From Dicyema japonicum (taxonomy: Eukaryota; Animalia; Dicyemida): DNA of 64,000 bases. Each line of letters opens with the position of its first letter. The first letter of the stretch is position 1. The notes under the pieces are model-generated. The model searched no databases. It saw nothing but the letters and a program-made list of their open reading frames with translations, and was not told the origin of the DNA. The stretch is from positions 62,001 to 126,000 of the forward strand of contig RDEW01000062.1 of assembly GCA_011109175.1 (NCBI GenBank). The letters run 5' to 3'. Positions 12,901-25,262 of the stretch are shown here, piece by piece. The position numbers and the translations under genes are program-made.

Positions 12901-13205
12901 ATTAAAATTACATTTTGGAACGAAAGGGTCTTTAAATGCGAAATTAAATCATTTGATGAACTATTTATTGCTGATGAACCCTTTAATGATTATTTTAATC
13001 TTTACATATGCTTTTACGAAATCTGCCTTTTTAAGAGTGTCATATTCTTTAACTTCATTTAAGATGTCTTCATCAAAGTCTTGGATGCTCTAGCACTATT
13101 TTGACTAATTACAATTAAGTTGTTGAATTTTTCAATGATGGCATCTCTTGAAATCGATTCGCTGTTTGAAGTCGACTCAAATGAAGTTGAAAATGATGTT
13201 TGCAT
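9940..13205 (-). CDS. FMNL: FMNL/FRL-type formin (GBD/FH3, FH1, FH2), many micro-introns
   Basis: FH1 poly-Pro, FH2 start KPLKTVNWLPISPKQLEKSIF, ILAVANFFNSDKACAFGFQIKSL, FH3 EFINYFVNHDSDLERRVVNQY and a C-terminal DGSLAEVM motif. Ends are approximate. Confidence 0.8.
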
Positions 13206-13689
13206 ACTTATAAGCGAATATTGATTATAACCGGTAGATATTTTTATAAATCTGAATTAAATTATTTTAATTATCCGTACAAAGCACGTTAGAATTTTAA
13301 TCAGAATAAGTAAAATATTATTTTTATCACCACACAAGTCATTTAGCTCAAATGCAGGCTCTCTATACACACAGTATACTGAACCTACCGCTAGTACAAC
13401 TTCGGCATAAGACCAAATCTGGGTAAAAACGGAGCTAAAGAAGATCGAGACTACCAAAACTCTACATAAGCTTTCCGGTTCTGTGACAATTCAACACCAT
13501 TTGAGCCCATTGTTAGAAAAACGGGCATGGTTTACTTGTAATGCGATAGAAAATTTATATAAAAAATAAATTTTATTTTATTTACATAAAAACACAGCAT
13601 TTCCTGCAAGGAGTAGATAATGTTTCCATTACTTAAACCTACCTATGAGAAACTCGCACTTTATTTTAACAAGTAAGAACAGCAATGTT

Positions 13690-13930
13690 AACTAATCAAA
13701 GGCATATCCAAGACATTGAAACTGATCTTGACTTCTCGTTCTTTTCTTTTTGTCTGTTTGTGAGTTCCAGAAGACAATCCACTTCCTCAGTGTTAAATAT
13801 ACTGATGACGTCATCACTCGTCAAACCCAAACCATCGTAGATGCATGGAACTTTCAACCGAATGGACAGCAGCGATAATCGAACTGGAGACCTCATGATT
13901 TTGGTCTGGAACTCATTACATTGAGCCATC
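13690..13930 (-). mobile_element. LINE 3' fragment (family that shares the SINE tail)
   Basis: RLKVPCIYDGLGLTSD; homologous to 43560-43770 and to the SINE body at 48341-48433. Confidence 0.6.
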
Positions 13931-13989
13931 ATTTACATAAAAACAAAAAATTGTTAGCGTTGTTCACCATTTCTGTTGGCGCAAAATAT

Positions 13990-14150
13990 AATCCTAAATT
14001 ATATCCAAAAGGACAATTAGTCACAACCATCCAGAGGAGTTCCTAATGGACGGCACTTCCTTCAAGTTCGAGCATGCGAAGACTACTGAGGGAGGCCGAG
14101 ATCACCTGAATTTTTTCATTCTGTCTATGACGGTGGTTTTCTGTTTCAAT
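13990..14150 (+). mobile_element. LINE 3' end with terminal hairpin
   Basis: ...AEIT* with GAGATCACC pairing to GGTGGTTTT. Confidence 0.5.
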
Positions 14151-14199
14151 AAATTTAAAATTTAAATTTGAACATGTTGATTTATTGGTCCCTTTATAA

Positions 14200-15900
14200 T
14201 GTTGTGTTTTCCTTCATATTTCCGAGGACGTCGAACCAAATTCAGGACCGACCGTGATTATCTCCCGAATTAATATAAATGGGATCCTTACTAAAATCAC
14301 TTAACAACGGCGTTTTATTATGTTCAATTTTGTGGATTTTGCTTTATTTAAAAAAACGAAACTCCATTAAAAACCCATCCTCAAAATTCCCCGGATACTC
14401 GGTGTTTGGTTAGAGATCAAGACTCGAAACAAGTGGAGGTCTTCTTACCATCGTATATTGGATAGAATATCAACTTGTTTCCTCCACGAAGATCTTTTAA
14501 TATTAAGCCTCCTTCCGAATGACAATAGTCAATATTTACTTTCCTCCTTCTTGTCTCGTTGCTATCGCCTTACCTAGTGCATTTCACATAGTTTAATCTG
14601 TGACGACGTGAATATGAAGATCCCCCTATGGTATACAAACCAACAACTGGACCAAAGAGGTTCACTTATATCAGATAACTTATTAATCTTCAATGACCAA
14701 ACAAACACACAAGGTCGCCAACTCAGAAAGGCGGCACCTCAACATCACCAGATCTTTCACTTTCTGCTGCCATCACCTGGGACTTCAGTTATGATTTGCA
14801 CACGGATCATAATCCAACACTCTTGAAATTTCGAGGTGAACATAAGATGATCCAGACCCCTGTAATCATCGTCAACTTCTCACGTGCGTTTTTGATCTGG
14901 GTTCACGTCTTTTATTGAAAGTTACCTCTATTCGATTCGGATTGAGAACTTGACTTCAATTGAAGTTGCCGTTGCATTCATCACCAAGTTATTCTGCAAA
15001 CCTGCAAAAGGTTCATTCCTATGGGCTGAATCGAACATTTTTTTGAATAGATTCGACATTGAAACAAGAACCCTCATCGAGGAAAGAAGCGGACTAAAAG
15101 TAAGAAATTAAACGATTGGTTAAAAAACCCACTTCTTACAGCTTCCTCTATTCCAACATGGATTCTTCCACGCTGGTTCAATTTATCTATGACAGATTGA
15201 ATTCGCAAAAAAAGAAATGTGCTGGTCTCTGGATATCAAGAAAGTTTTTGACTTTGTATTGAGGAAGATTTTGACAAAAAAAATTTCTCCACTTCCATCA
15301 ACCTAAAAATGAAAACACGGTTCGCTAACTTTTTCAGTGGTCTAAGAGGACAAGTGACGATATAAATCAAAAGTCGAAGTCTCCGTACTTTTCTAATTGA
15401 ATCTCTCATAGATCTCTATTATCTCTAACATTATTCAATTTTTTTCTCAAAGATCTTCCCACTTCAAATTCTGCTAAATACAAGCGACTTTGAAACAATT
15501 GAGTCTGATTTTTTAAGGTCTATTACTTATCTCTCAGAAAGTATGATTACTACGATTGTCACTTCATACAGAAAAAAAATGTTGTTCAAATCCAAATTGA
15601 CCCTGAACGGAGAGCAAATCTAATTAAGAAGACACAACCTTGGGATCAACATTAGACCCTCCTGTTGACACACACATCACTAAGAATTAATGATTCGCGA
15701 GTCCAAAGAAGATAGAAATTTTCAAGATCTTTGCCATATCCTCGATTTCTTCTATCTCTTGCCTCAAATTGTTATACAAACAGTATAACCTACTAATTAT
15801 CGAACACGCATGTCTAACATGCTGTCCATATCAAAACAAAACAAACTCCACGTTTTACAAAATCAATACCTCCGAATTCTACTTAAATGCAACAAACAGA
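14200..15900 (+). mobile_element. Decayed APE-LINE with 2A-like motif before the endonuclease
   Basis: EDVEPNSGP followed by TVIISRININGI (APE motif I), later ICDDVN and DQRGS, then RT remnants. Confidence 0.65.
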
Positions 15901-16029
15901 GCTTACCCTGTCATTAAAGAAAAACACAAACAAAATAAGATTTTTTATAATTCAAAAATTTTCAAATGAAATGAGTCATAAATGACTTAAAATTATAAGG
16001 TATACGTTACCTTTATAATCTCTGTTCGA

Positions 16030-16270
16030 GTGGATGAATTGATTGCCTCGTTTCATAGCGCCAGTACTTGTCGCGTAATCATTTAAACACCTTAGATAGC
16101 AGACAAGAAAGGTGATTATGGATCTGTTCAACTTACTCAACTAATTATCTACACCATTTTTAAAACCACGGACATTCCAGCCGTGCTAAACCCATCTTTA
16201 TTCGCCGAGAATTTCGAGTCGTGCCGTAATTTCACTGACGATTTCTTACTCATTATCGCAATGGCTCCAC
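16030..16270 (+). mobile_element. CRE-clade fragment
   Basis: FKTTDIPAVLNP resembles the PAILEPxGL segment of the other CRE copies. Confidence 0.35.
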
Positions 16271-16359
16271 AGGTGTTAAAGTCGATTGGAAAAATAATTT
16301 TAAAATTAAATTAACGTATTTTTAGTATTCGGTGAATATTCAATTACCGCTTTTTTCTA

Positions 16360-18187
16360 TTAAGTTTTAACAATATTTGAAAGTTTCTATCATTTTACAC
16401 ATGAAACTACCGTATTGGCTGGAAATTTGTTTCAAATCTTCTAATGATGCAACGCATAGGGGATCAAGCGGTATAATTGAGAAATTGTGAAAACAGGATT
16501 CATCGATTGAATTTTTAACCTCTCCAATTGCCTTATTTAATTTTTATTTAAAAATACAGCTTTTCTTCTGAGGACATGACCACTTTGGTTTTAGTAAAAT
16601 TCAAGAAATTTTCACACATCCGTTAAGTCGCAGAAAATTTTCGAAAATATAAAAACAAATTTAAAAAGAAAATCAACGTAGAATCAATTTTCTAGAATTT
16701 TAAAATAAACATACATTTACAACAAAAATCAAATTTTTTTCCTGAATTAAAAAACTGGCTTATCATGTTGAAAATTTTAACTATTTTGTCCAATGACTGG
16801 ATATTTTTAGTTTTCCATGGAATATTAAAAATCTGTGATATTTTAAATATTTACATCAATTTTTTCAGACATTTGTTTTCCTGTCATGTTGATTAAACAA
16901 AATTTGTTTATTTTATCTTCAGAAATTTCCGCAATTATTTCATTTATCCTGCTTCCTTTTATTTCGCTATTTTTAAGGTAAACTGAAATGACTAATATTT
17001 TAATTTTGGAAGTAACGGATAAAGTTCTTTCTATATATAAATTGTGATAAATTACTTTAAATAATTATTTAATTTTGAAGTGTTAGATTTATTAGAATCA
17101 CCTGAAATCACCAAAATTGATACAAGTTAGAAAAGAAGGAGGAGTCACCACGTCAATTTTTAAAAAATCCGCCAAATATTGTGTTTCTGAAATTAAATTT
17201 TTTACACTCGGCCTTGATTTAGGATTTATAACAAAAATATTTTCTATATTAATCAAATTTAAGATGACCAATAATTTTTTCTAATTGAGAAAACTCTGTG
17301 AGAAAAGTCGGATCATAACTTATGCTAAGAATTTTTCGTGGTGCTGTAATATTAAATGGCATACAATTTGAGCACAGATAATAAAGGATACAACCGATAG
17401 CCTCGAATAATTTACTAAATCAACCCAAATATCCTGCCCAGTATCTAATTCCAAACATAGCTTGAGATTGATCATTTCAGGAGATCGGAGAATTGGCGTC
17501 GTACAAGATTTAATCTTTATTTAATAAAAATGAAATATACTTCTTCGTTCAACAAATTAAATTGATCCTCAGTCCATTCTTCTTTGGGTTTATAAACTTG
17601 ATTTGTAGCGCTCCCAAAGTCACCGAGTTTAATTTGCCCACATTTTGAAACAAATAAATTTTCCATCCATAAATTAATTGAAGAGGTACTTTTATATCTC
17701 TGTGTATTATTGGGGGTTGGCATGAATGAAGTTTATCAACACCTCGAAGAATTTGTGCGAAAATGTATAATATTTCTGGTAGGACTAGTTTTTTGTATTT
17801 GTCTAATCGCATTTTTAAAGTTCCTAAAACTTATTAAATGCAAAATAACCGGGGAAATACTCTAAAAGTAGATAAAACTGATATACTCCAAACATCCCGA
17901 CTTGCTTCCAAGAATGGATCTGAACAATTTCATCAAGAAATTTAAATTTTTCCTTTGGATTTTTTAAATTAATACAACCTGAAATTCAATTTCTTTCATA
18001 ACCCGTAATCTGAAATGAGTAACAATTTTCTTGACCGCATAATATGTATTTTTATAAGTGTCCACACCGATATAAATAATTCCAAATCCACCTGTTTTAA
18101 TCTTAATTTAATACCTTCTCCGATTAATTTTTCTAAGGTTACGCTGCATTTATCGAAATATATAGTTGCACCGACTGTTTCACCCAT
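16360..18187 (-). CDS. GAK: Cyclin G-associated kinase (NAK family) kinase domain; disrupted and apparently truncated
   Basis: LEKLIGEG|GFG, PPIIHRDIK|MENL, IKLGDFGSAT, TTPILRSPEMI and QDIW|AIGCILY match GAK. There is a 1-nt frameshift near 17990 and a GT-GG intron at 17667-17689. The 3' end is uncertain and no J domain was seen. Confidence 0.75.
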
Positions 18188-18304
18188 AACCACAAATTTC
18201 TTTCACTTTAATAAAAATTTTATTATTTTAAATTCAATTAAGTTTATTAAGACTTTTTGTATTAAAATTTTATTTTTTAATTAATATTATAAAAATTTTA
18301 TTAA

Positions 18305-18392
18305 AAAGCGTGAGACGAGATGGCTCAAGGAGAGGCTCTCGTTGGCTGTTGTCCGTGGGAATAGCTTGTGCATCTCCCAACAGCTGAATTAA
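18305..18392 (+). mobile_element. CRE-clade 3' tip
   Basis: ETRWLKERLSLAVVRGNSLCISQQLN*. Confidence 0.6.
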
Positions 18393-18708
18393 AATTAAAA
18401 TTAACTATTCTTTTTCCTTTTTCCTTATAAAAACATTAAATCTAAAAAAATTTTATTAAAAGATTTTTAATGAATAACTGAGTTAAAATTTATATTATTT
18501 TATTTTAGAATAGAATAGTTAAATCCTTCAGAGGCCGTCTGCGTATAACGCTTTCTGAAGCCCTTAATGGAGATTTGAGACCAGTAAATAGAGCATTGAA
18601 AAACGGTGAAGACATCATCAGTCTGCAGAGTCTGGCATCGAATAGGAGATGGTGGGAGAGACTAGTATCTCTGATAATATGTCGCGACCGCTGAAAGTGA
18701 TCCATCAC

Positions 18709-19560
18709 TGTCAATCATCGTCAAAAATAAAAATAATCTATTACATCAAAGTTAACTAAGGCCAATTATTAACAATTAACAAGTGATAATTAACTATTAT
18801 TTCAAGTCGTCTTGAATTTTTTAGTCGTCGTGAATGAACTTTCTTAATAGACCCAGCACTATCTTCGACTTTGACAAAATTGTTAGACAATTTCTCGATA
18901 ATAGTTACTGGATTTCCATACGGATGTTCAAATTTTTTTAATCAAAGAGAAGGATTCGTCTCATCATCTATTTGAATACGAAGCTTTAAGCAATTAAAAA
19001 TAGAATACACTATATCCAACATCTAACTCATATTTTGATCGATGCACTCCCATCTTCGTATTCATTCTTCTATAATGTGAAGACTGCAAATTCACCCTCT
19101 CAAAGTTAAACTGGTACTCATCATCTTTACTAATAAATAACAACAAAAAACCTTCATTATAAATGTCGCGTTTTTCTACAACTTCCAATTCTTCCATATT
19201 AAAACTTTTTGGATTTTCCTGAACATCTGATTCCACAACTGTGTGGAATCGAGGAATACTAAGATACTCTTTAAATCCGTCAGAGACAACTCGCCTAGAA
19301 ATAAGATGTAATAAATATTATTTTTCGGCACTTTATATTAGGTATACGGAGTATGGAAGCAAAGTATAGGAACGTGCGTACATACGACCCCATACCTGTT
19401 AAGGAGCGAATTCCGGAACATCGAGCACATGATGATAATATTAAATTCTTGCTTATTCCTCCTAAAATTTTAATTAAAATTAAATAAAAGCTTTCCGTCT
19501 ATCATAAGGAAGTTTTCAGTCTTCTATACTTCCGAGCTGCTGATACATTCAGGTCTTGTC
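18709..19560 (-). mobile_element. Decayed Gypsy/Ginger-like integrase
   Basis: KYELDVGYSV...KKFEHPYGNPVTIIEKLSNNFVKVED...VHSRRLKKF resembles the integrase C-terminal GPY/SH3-like module; paralogous to 4417-4745. Confidence 0.45.
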
Positions 19561-19899
19561 TCTCCAGGATGCATTTTATAATATTGTACTTTTCAGTATT
19601 TTTCATGGTATCTTTATTAGGCATCAAGACAACGTGATTAGTGAGTTAGTTTTTTGATTTTATTGTCAAAAATTATGGTATGCCATCAAAAAATATTTTT
19701 ACACATAATAATAATTATTATAAGTCTCTGCTAAAGTCTTCATTTTTTCCTATTTAAAGCCTCAAACATTGAATGGCGCGAGCGTGAAGAGTTTACTCAA
19801 ATCATGTGAAGAAGACAATATTTTTTTTTATTTTAGAACCACTTCACCAGTTCAACCGAAAAAAAACTTGTTTAGCAATGTAACAATACTTCAACAATG

Positions 19900-20600
19900 A
19901 TAGCAATACTTTGAGACGATTTCTTTCTTTAGACAAAGGATTCCTTCCATCCCCACTGGTGGGGTTAATATAACGTTTCGGTACTAAAATAACCCTTCCC
20001 TCAAATATATGCGGTCGATAACGCGACCACTATGTCAGGGGAGACAAAGATATCCAGATAAAGGCTCTTTCTTGTCTGGGTCCGCTTTCAAGTTCGGCAC
20101 CGGATCAAATGCATTTGACGGATCTCTGGGAGTGTCCGCTCTTGGGTGCGATTTTTGTGTTAGCTACCAGTTTCCTACACTTGAAGTGACCTGGAGTAAA
20201 TAAATAAGATAAAGACTCTAAACGTTTGTCAGGAATTAAATAGTAGATTTTTCACTTATCACGTTTATAGTTGAAATGACATCAAACCTCCTCCGAATGG
20301 AGATTTCTTTCTAAAGTGGGCTTTTTGCGTTGAAAACTCCTCAGATAAGAACGCTATCAAGGTAGACAAGGTAGATAGGCTTGGCATAACATAGTTATTC
20401 GATCACGAGCAGGGGTTGAGGATGTTATGTTAATAAGAAAAATATTTCAGTTTGTAGTTGCGAATGAGATCGCAATGATTTCTGTAACATTATCATCCAC
20501 AAAAGTCTCTTCACTTCCGAAGAGCTGTCCAACCGTTTATGATCCTTCTTGTATCTAGTTAGCAGCTCAACACCGTTTTTCCGTTCGGAAAGTCCCTATA
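19900..20600 (-). mobile_element. Decayed non-LTR RT fragment
   Basis: GRVILVPK RT-domain-1-like motif in a GC-richer block with many stops. Confidence 0.35.
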
Positions 20601-20745
20601 GATTTGTATCAATATTGAAATAACTAATCACTAGGAAAACTGGTCTATTCTTAAGAAACATGTCGAAATTATAATAAAATTATATTTTAATTATATAATA
20701 TTAATATATAATTAAATTATATAATATTTAACCAGATAGTATATA

Positions 20746-23387
20746 TGTATCAACGTATGTGAATGCAACATCTATATAACAACGTTTAAAAATAATCATA
20801 AAATTTAGAGTTCTTTTAAATTAAATCAAATAAAAGACGCTTTGACCGATTTTGACAAGTCTACCAAGAATTTCGTATGTACTCTTGAGAATTTTAACGG
20901 TCAACTAAAATCAATACAAGACTCATTTTCCTCTATCTATGACTGCGATTCGCTATCTCAATTTTTGATTGCAGTTGTAGTCGATTTAGCTTACTTTAGC
21001 CTATTCTGATGTTTTGTCGGCAACTGATCGGATTCTAAAGCACTATCAAGTAGTGAAGGATGTTAACAAATACGGCATAAACGAAGTGGGGTAATCTTAA
21101 TTTTTCCGTTTTAGTTCCGAAATTGATGACGTAATCAAAAAATTAGACGATGTAAACAACGCGAAGAAATTCTTCGCTACTAATCGACCTCAATCCATCG
21201 AATTTACGACTTCTGTATTTTTATAAACTTAAAATAGACAATTCAATTTGATTCGCTTATTAAAAAACTAGAAATGGATTTTACAACTGTTCTGAACGAA
21301 CAATTTAATATTTGTCCTTCTCTCTTTGAGACTAAAATGAATTCTGTAAGCAATCAGAGCACACCTTTAACGACTCGTAGCATTGTTACTCCAGCTCGTA
21401 AAATTGACCCACCTGGTGATTAAAAAGGCTGATTTGTAGGGAGACCAAATTTGGCGAATTATTACACAAAGTTAATAACCTATATCGACAAAATAAGACA
21501 CATGTATTTTTGGATAAATGAAAATTTAATTTCAAACTTAAATCACTTTATTGACATTTTTATATCCTCCAGAACTGATTTTCTGGCTTTGGCAATTAAA
21601 CGCTCTCAAGGAGGCATTGGAACCCCATCAGCAACTCTCCATGCAAATGTAAGTTTTATAAAATTTGATTTAATTTAAAATTTATTTTAATTTTTTTAAA
21701 TTAATATTTAAATGAAACGTTATTGTATTCTTATTTTACCATTTTTCATTTTATTAACTGTTTTACCGATTTTCTATTATTAATCGTGTCTTTAATATAT
21801 TTTATTTTTAGTGTAGTTTACACAACAAGACCTTTTCGCCAATGTAAGCTTTAATTAATATTAATAAGATCGAGGAATTCAATTAGAAGTTCGCCATTGC
21901 AAGCTGGGCATTCATTGTTGCAAAGAACATCAAAAAATCAAAATGAGAATAGCGATATTTACAATATTGATTCATTGATCGGGTTAACCTACAATCTCTC
22001 GATTTTGGCGGAGACAGAACTGGACTTATTAGTAGGAATATTTTTCAACAACTTCCCCAAGTCGAATTACTATATAAATACGATTTTTCATTCTCTTATA
22101 ATTTCCCATTTCGACATTCTTGACATCGAAACCCAGGTTTTTTTCCCACTTACGTTTAGAAAGCAGAAAATTCTTATATTAGTCTCAATTCCTCCAAATA
22201 TATCTCCTCAATTTTGACATCACTGTTAACGGGACTCGCCAACATCACAGAGATCAAATTATCGTTTAATAAGGCCTTTGAAGAGAAGAACGAAAATTTG
22301 GAACCCATTAAAGTTTTCAATGAAAGACTGACTTCTCTTTTCGCTGAGCTACAAGTGACGACCGGCAGAACTATCGACCACCAAGTGGATGTTGTGCAAG
22401 TTCTTATTTTTACTCATTTGTGCCTAGAAAGATCCATTGCATCATTCTTTGATGCCAACAGATGGGAACGTGCACGAGTTCGTTGCTAAGGTCTGTTTTA
22501 TCTGAAATTTCAAGTTTGCCCCATTTCTTTCGATTTTGTTCGAAAATAGGAAAATTGTGGGAGAATGTCTTAATATTTACTATTTGAGAAAAGATAACGT
22601 TTATTTTCCATTAAACTGTAAACCAAACTTCTTATTTCTTAGACATGGAACTATCACTGTCTTCTGCAACCCTTAAAGTGACGGATTTTATCGGTTTCCT
22701 GGTTGTGTTCTTATTTTTAAGTAAAAACGTTTCTCCCTGCATTGGAAGCGAATTTGTTGCAAAAAGCAACACTTTATAGTGACTCTGCAATCCGATTTGT
22801 CTTTCTTATCAACAATTTCACTTATATTCTGCGAAATGTGTCGTTATTCACTTTCGAACACACAACTGACAGGTTTTACGTTTTTTTAATTTTAGGGATA
22901 AAATTATTGATCGACTATTGGATGATACGAAAAATAAAATTGTGAGAAATATCGCTAAATTTGAAAGTGAATATTTACTAATGTAATTCGAAAAATAATT
23001 ATTTTAGTTGGGATATGCTCTTTAAGCCATTTGAGCGTGATGTTTATAAAAGTAATGTTGAGGTTAGTCGCTTGTGTTATAATTTTAGTTGAAAGATCGA
23101 GAACGAAAAATCATAAAGGAGATGCTCCATGTTGGATGTTTTTTTAGTTCTAGACTTTCAATAAAGACATTGAAGAAACTGCTAAATCTCATAAAAATAT
23201 GTTTTTTGCGGACAATCAAAAACGGAAAGATATTTGCAAGAAATGTACTTCTTTAGTAGTGAATAAATATCAGCAGGAGGTCCAACCCTATGCCAGGTTG
23301 CCTTTTTCCACCAATCCGGCCAAATACTTGAAGTATGATGATCTTAGTCTTGCCAACTTAATTAAGGATGTTTATGAAATGACTTGA
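20746..23387 (+). CDS. EXOC7: Exocyst subunit Exo70, multi-exon
   Basis: PTDGNVHEF, FVFLINNFTYIL, LKDRERKIIKE and LPFSTNPAKYLKY...VYEMT* match Exo70 motifs. Micro-introns include 21091-21114, 21215-21237 and 23131-23153. The start is approximate. Confidence 0.85.
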
Positions 23388-23429
23388 AATTGTTTTTGAT
23401 ATATATTTTAATTTCGATTTTTTGGAATT

Positions 23430-23940
23430 TAATAATCCAACGGATTCCCTGTTTCTCTTAAAACCAGACTTGTTCAAGTTACTCAAATTTTACGCAAACG
23501 TGATTCAAACTCGCAGCATGGCGTATCCGATTCTTCTCCGTTCCGAAAGTTGGCCCACTCTATGTCTCCTGAGTCTATCGTCCTATCCATTAAACGAGAG
23601 GTTGCATCCATTTTGAAGAAATGATAATCTGTGCAATAGAGGAAGTCACCATCTCAATTTTTATTATTAGCGACGTATGTAGAATCATAGTAGCTCCCTT
23701 CTGATAGATTGTCCTCAAAATATTATGGCCAGATGAAATTCGAACCAGGATCCTAATGTGCATCCGACCTGTCCTGTGTCTGTCACCCCTCCTAGGCTCA
23801 CGAGAAAAAAATGACATGCGGTTTTATTTATCATGAAAAGAAGTAAACATTTACTGCAATAGAAGTACTCATCACCTCAACCCTCCGTCCAATTAACTAC
23901 TTGGCTGACCGTTAGTTTGAAAATTGTTGTTAGTTTTGAC
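23430..23940 (+). mobile_element. LINE 3' remnants (AIEVLHHxxPP family)
   Basis: Shares GCAATAGARGTAC...CACC with 24600-24760 and, on the minus strand, 63630-63750. Confidence 0.35.
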
Positions 23941-24599
23941 TTTATAGTAATTGTATTTTCATGTTGAAGTATTTAAAGAACATTAAGAAAAAAATTTTTG
24001 CTTAAAGGAGAAAATTTTAAAATTGCGTGAAAATTAGTTGTTCGCGACCATAAAATGAAAAAAATACTCGAAATTTTGAATTAATAAACAGCTAGTTTCT
24101 ATATCTAAGACATTGCTTAAATTTCAAAAAATTTCCATTAATTAAATGTTTATCATCCTTCATAATTTTTGAGTGTGCAGAATATTTATCTCTATAACAA
24201 TATCATGAAATAATGAATTTTTTCTAATTTGTTTTGCCAATTTGGATTTTTTTCTACAAGTATTGAGAAAATTCTACTTTTTAATAACACGATAAATCAA
24301 AGTTGCAAAAATTAGAACTTTTACGGGAATACTGTTAAAATAAGTAAAATTGTGTAACCAAAAGCTATTATAAGATATTTGTAATCAGATACATGAAATT
24401 TTTATCGCAATGCAATAAGAATGATTACTTTCAACAAGATCTATGCGGCAAACAAATGATCATCCGAATTGGTTCGGTACTCCCTTCTTTTGTGATCCTC
24501 GGCTTGCTTAGAAGCATGACCTGGGTCAAAAGTATTGGTAGCACTGTGGGGGAAATTTTTCTTCTGATACTAAGTTTTGTCACTTTCTTCCTTTATTTA

Positions 24600-24760
24600 G
24601 ATCTTCGACTTTCTGATGTCTGTCACCTTAACCGCGCTCACTAAAAGAATTTCGTGCAATAGAAGTACGTCACCAACAGTCATGAAGCTAATTAAACATT
24701 TCGTGCAATAGAGGTACGTCACCATCTCTACCTTCCGATCAATTACCCACGTAGCTAACC
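24600..24760 (+). repeat. Copy of the same LINE-end repeat with an internal duplication
   Basis: TTCGTGCAATAGARGTACGTCACCA occurs twice, about 50 bp apart. Confidence 0.5.
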
Positions 24761-24871
24761 ACATACGTTTTAGGAAAAATAGCAAACAAAATTCAAATAA
24801 ATTAAAGCCAAATAAAATATAAAAACATTTAAATAAAAAATTCAAAATTTAGTTTTCAATCCATTATTTGT

Positions 24872-25204
24872 TCAAGCAATCCCTCTCTTACCGAAAAGCC
24901 TCAGAAAATATTCATCTACGGTTTCGAATTGATCTTCTGTGATGTCACCAAAAAGGGAACTGTAGTCTGGAATGAATTCATCTTTGAATGAATATTGATT
25001 TTCATCTATTGATGTTTCATGCACTGGAAAATACTCGTTGTGATCCAATTTGATGAGTCTGATGATATTCCTGGATGTCACTCTCCTTGAAGTACTAGAC
25101 TCTCGAATCCTGTAAGAAAATAAAGATTCAATAGAGTTTACATTTAGAAGAGTGGAAACACCCGTTCTAAAAAATTCGTCAATTACATTAACAGAGAAAG
25201 TCAT
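24872..25204 (-). CDS. Hypothetical 110-aa intronless protein
   Basis: Uninterrupted ATG-started ORF between AT-rich flanks; no recognisable domain. Confidence 0.3.
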   Translation of the reverse strand: MTFSVNVIDEFFRTGVSTLLNVNSIESLFSYRIRESSTSRRVTSRNIIRLIKLDHNEYFPVHETSIDENQYSFKDEFIPDYSSLFGDITEDQFETVDEYFLRLFGKRGIA

Positions 25205-25262
25205 TCCACGTAAAACAATTCTAATTTAAATAAATTTTAATTAAATTCTAAATACGTTTTAT

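Noticed and set aside
23625-24760. CRISPR-like repeats (GCAATAGARGTAC)
   Set aside because: Irregular spacing, dispersed copies and eukaryotic context; better explained as LINE 3' remnants.
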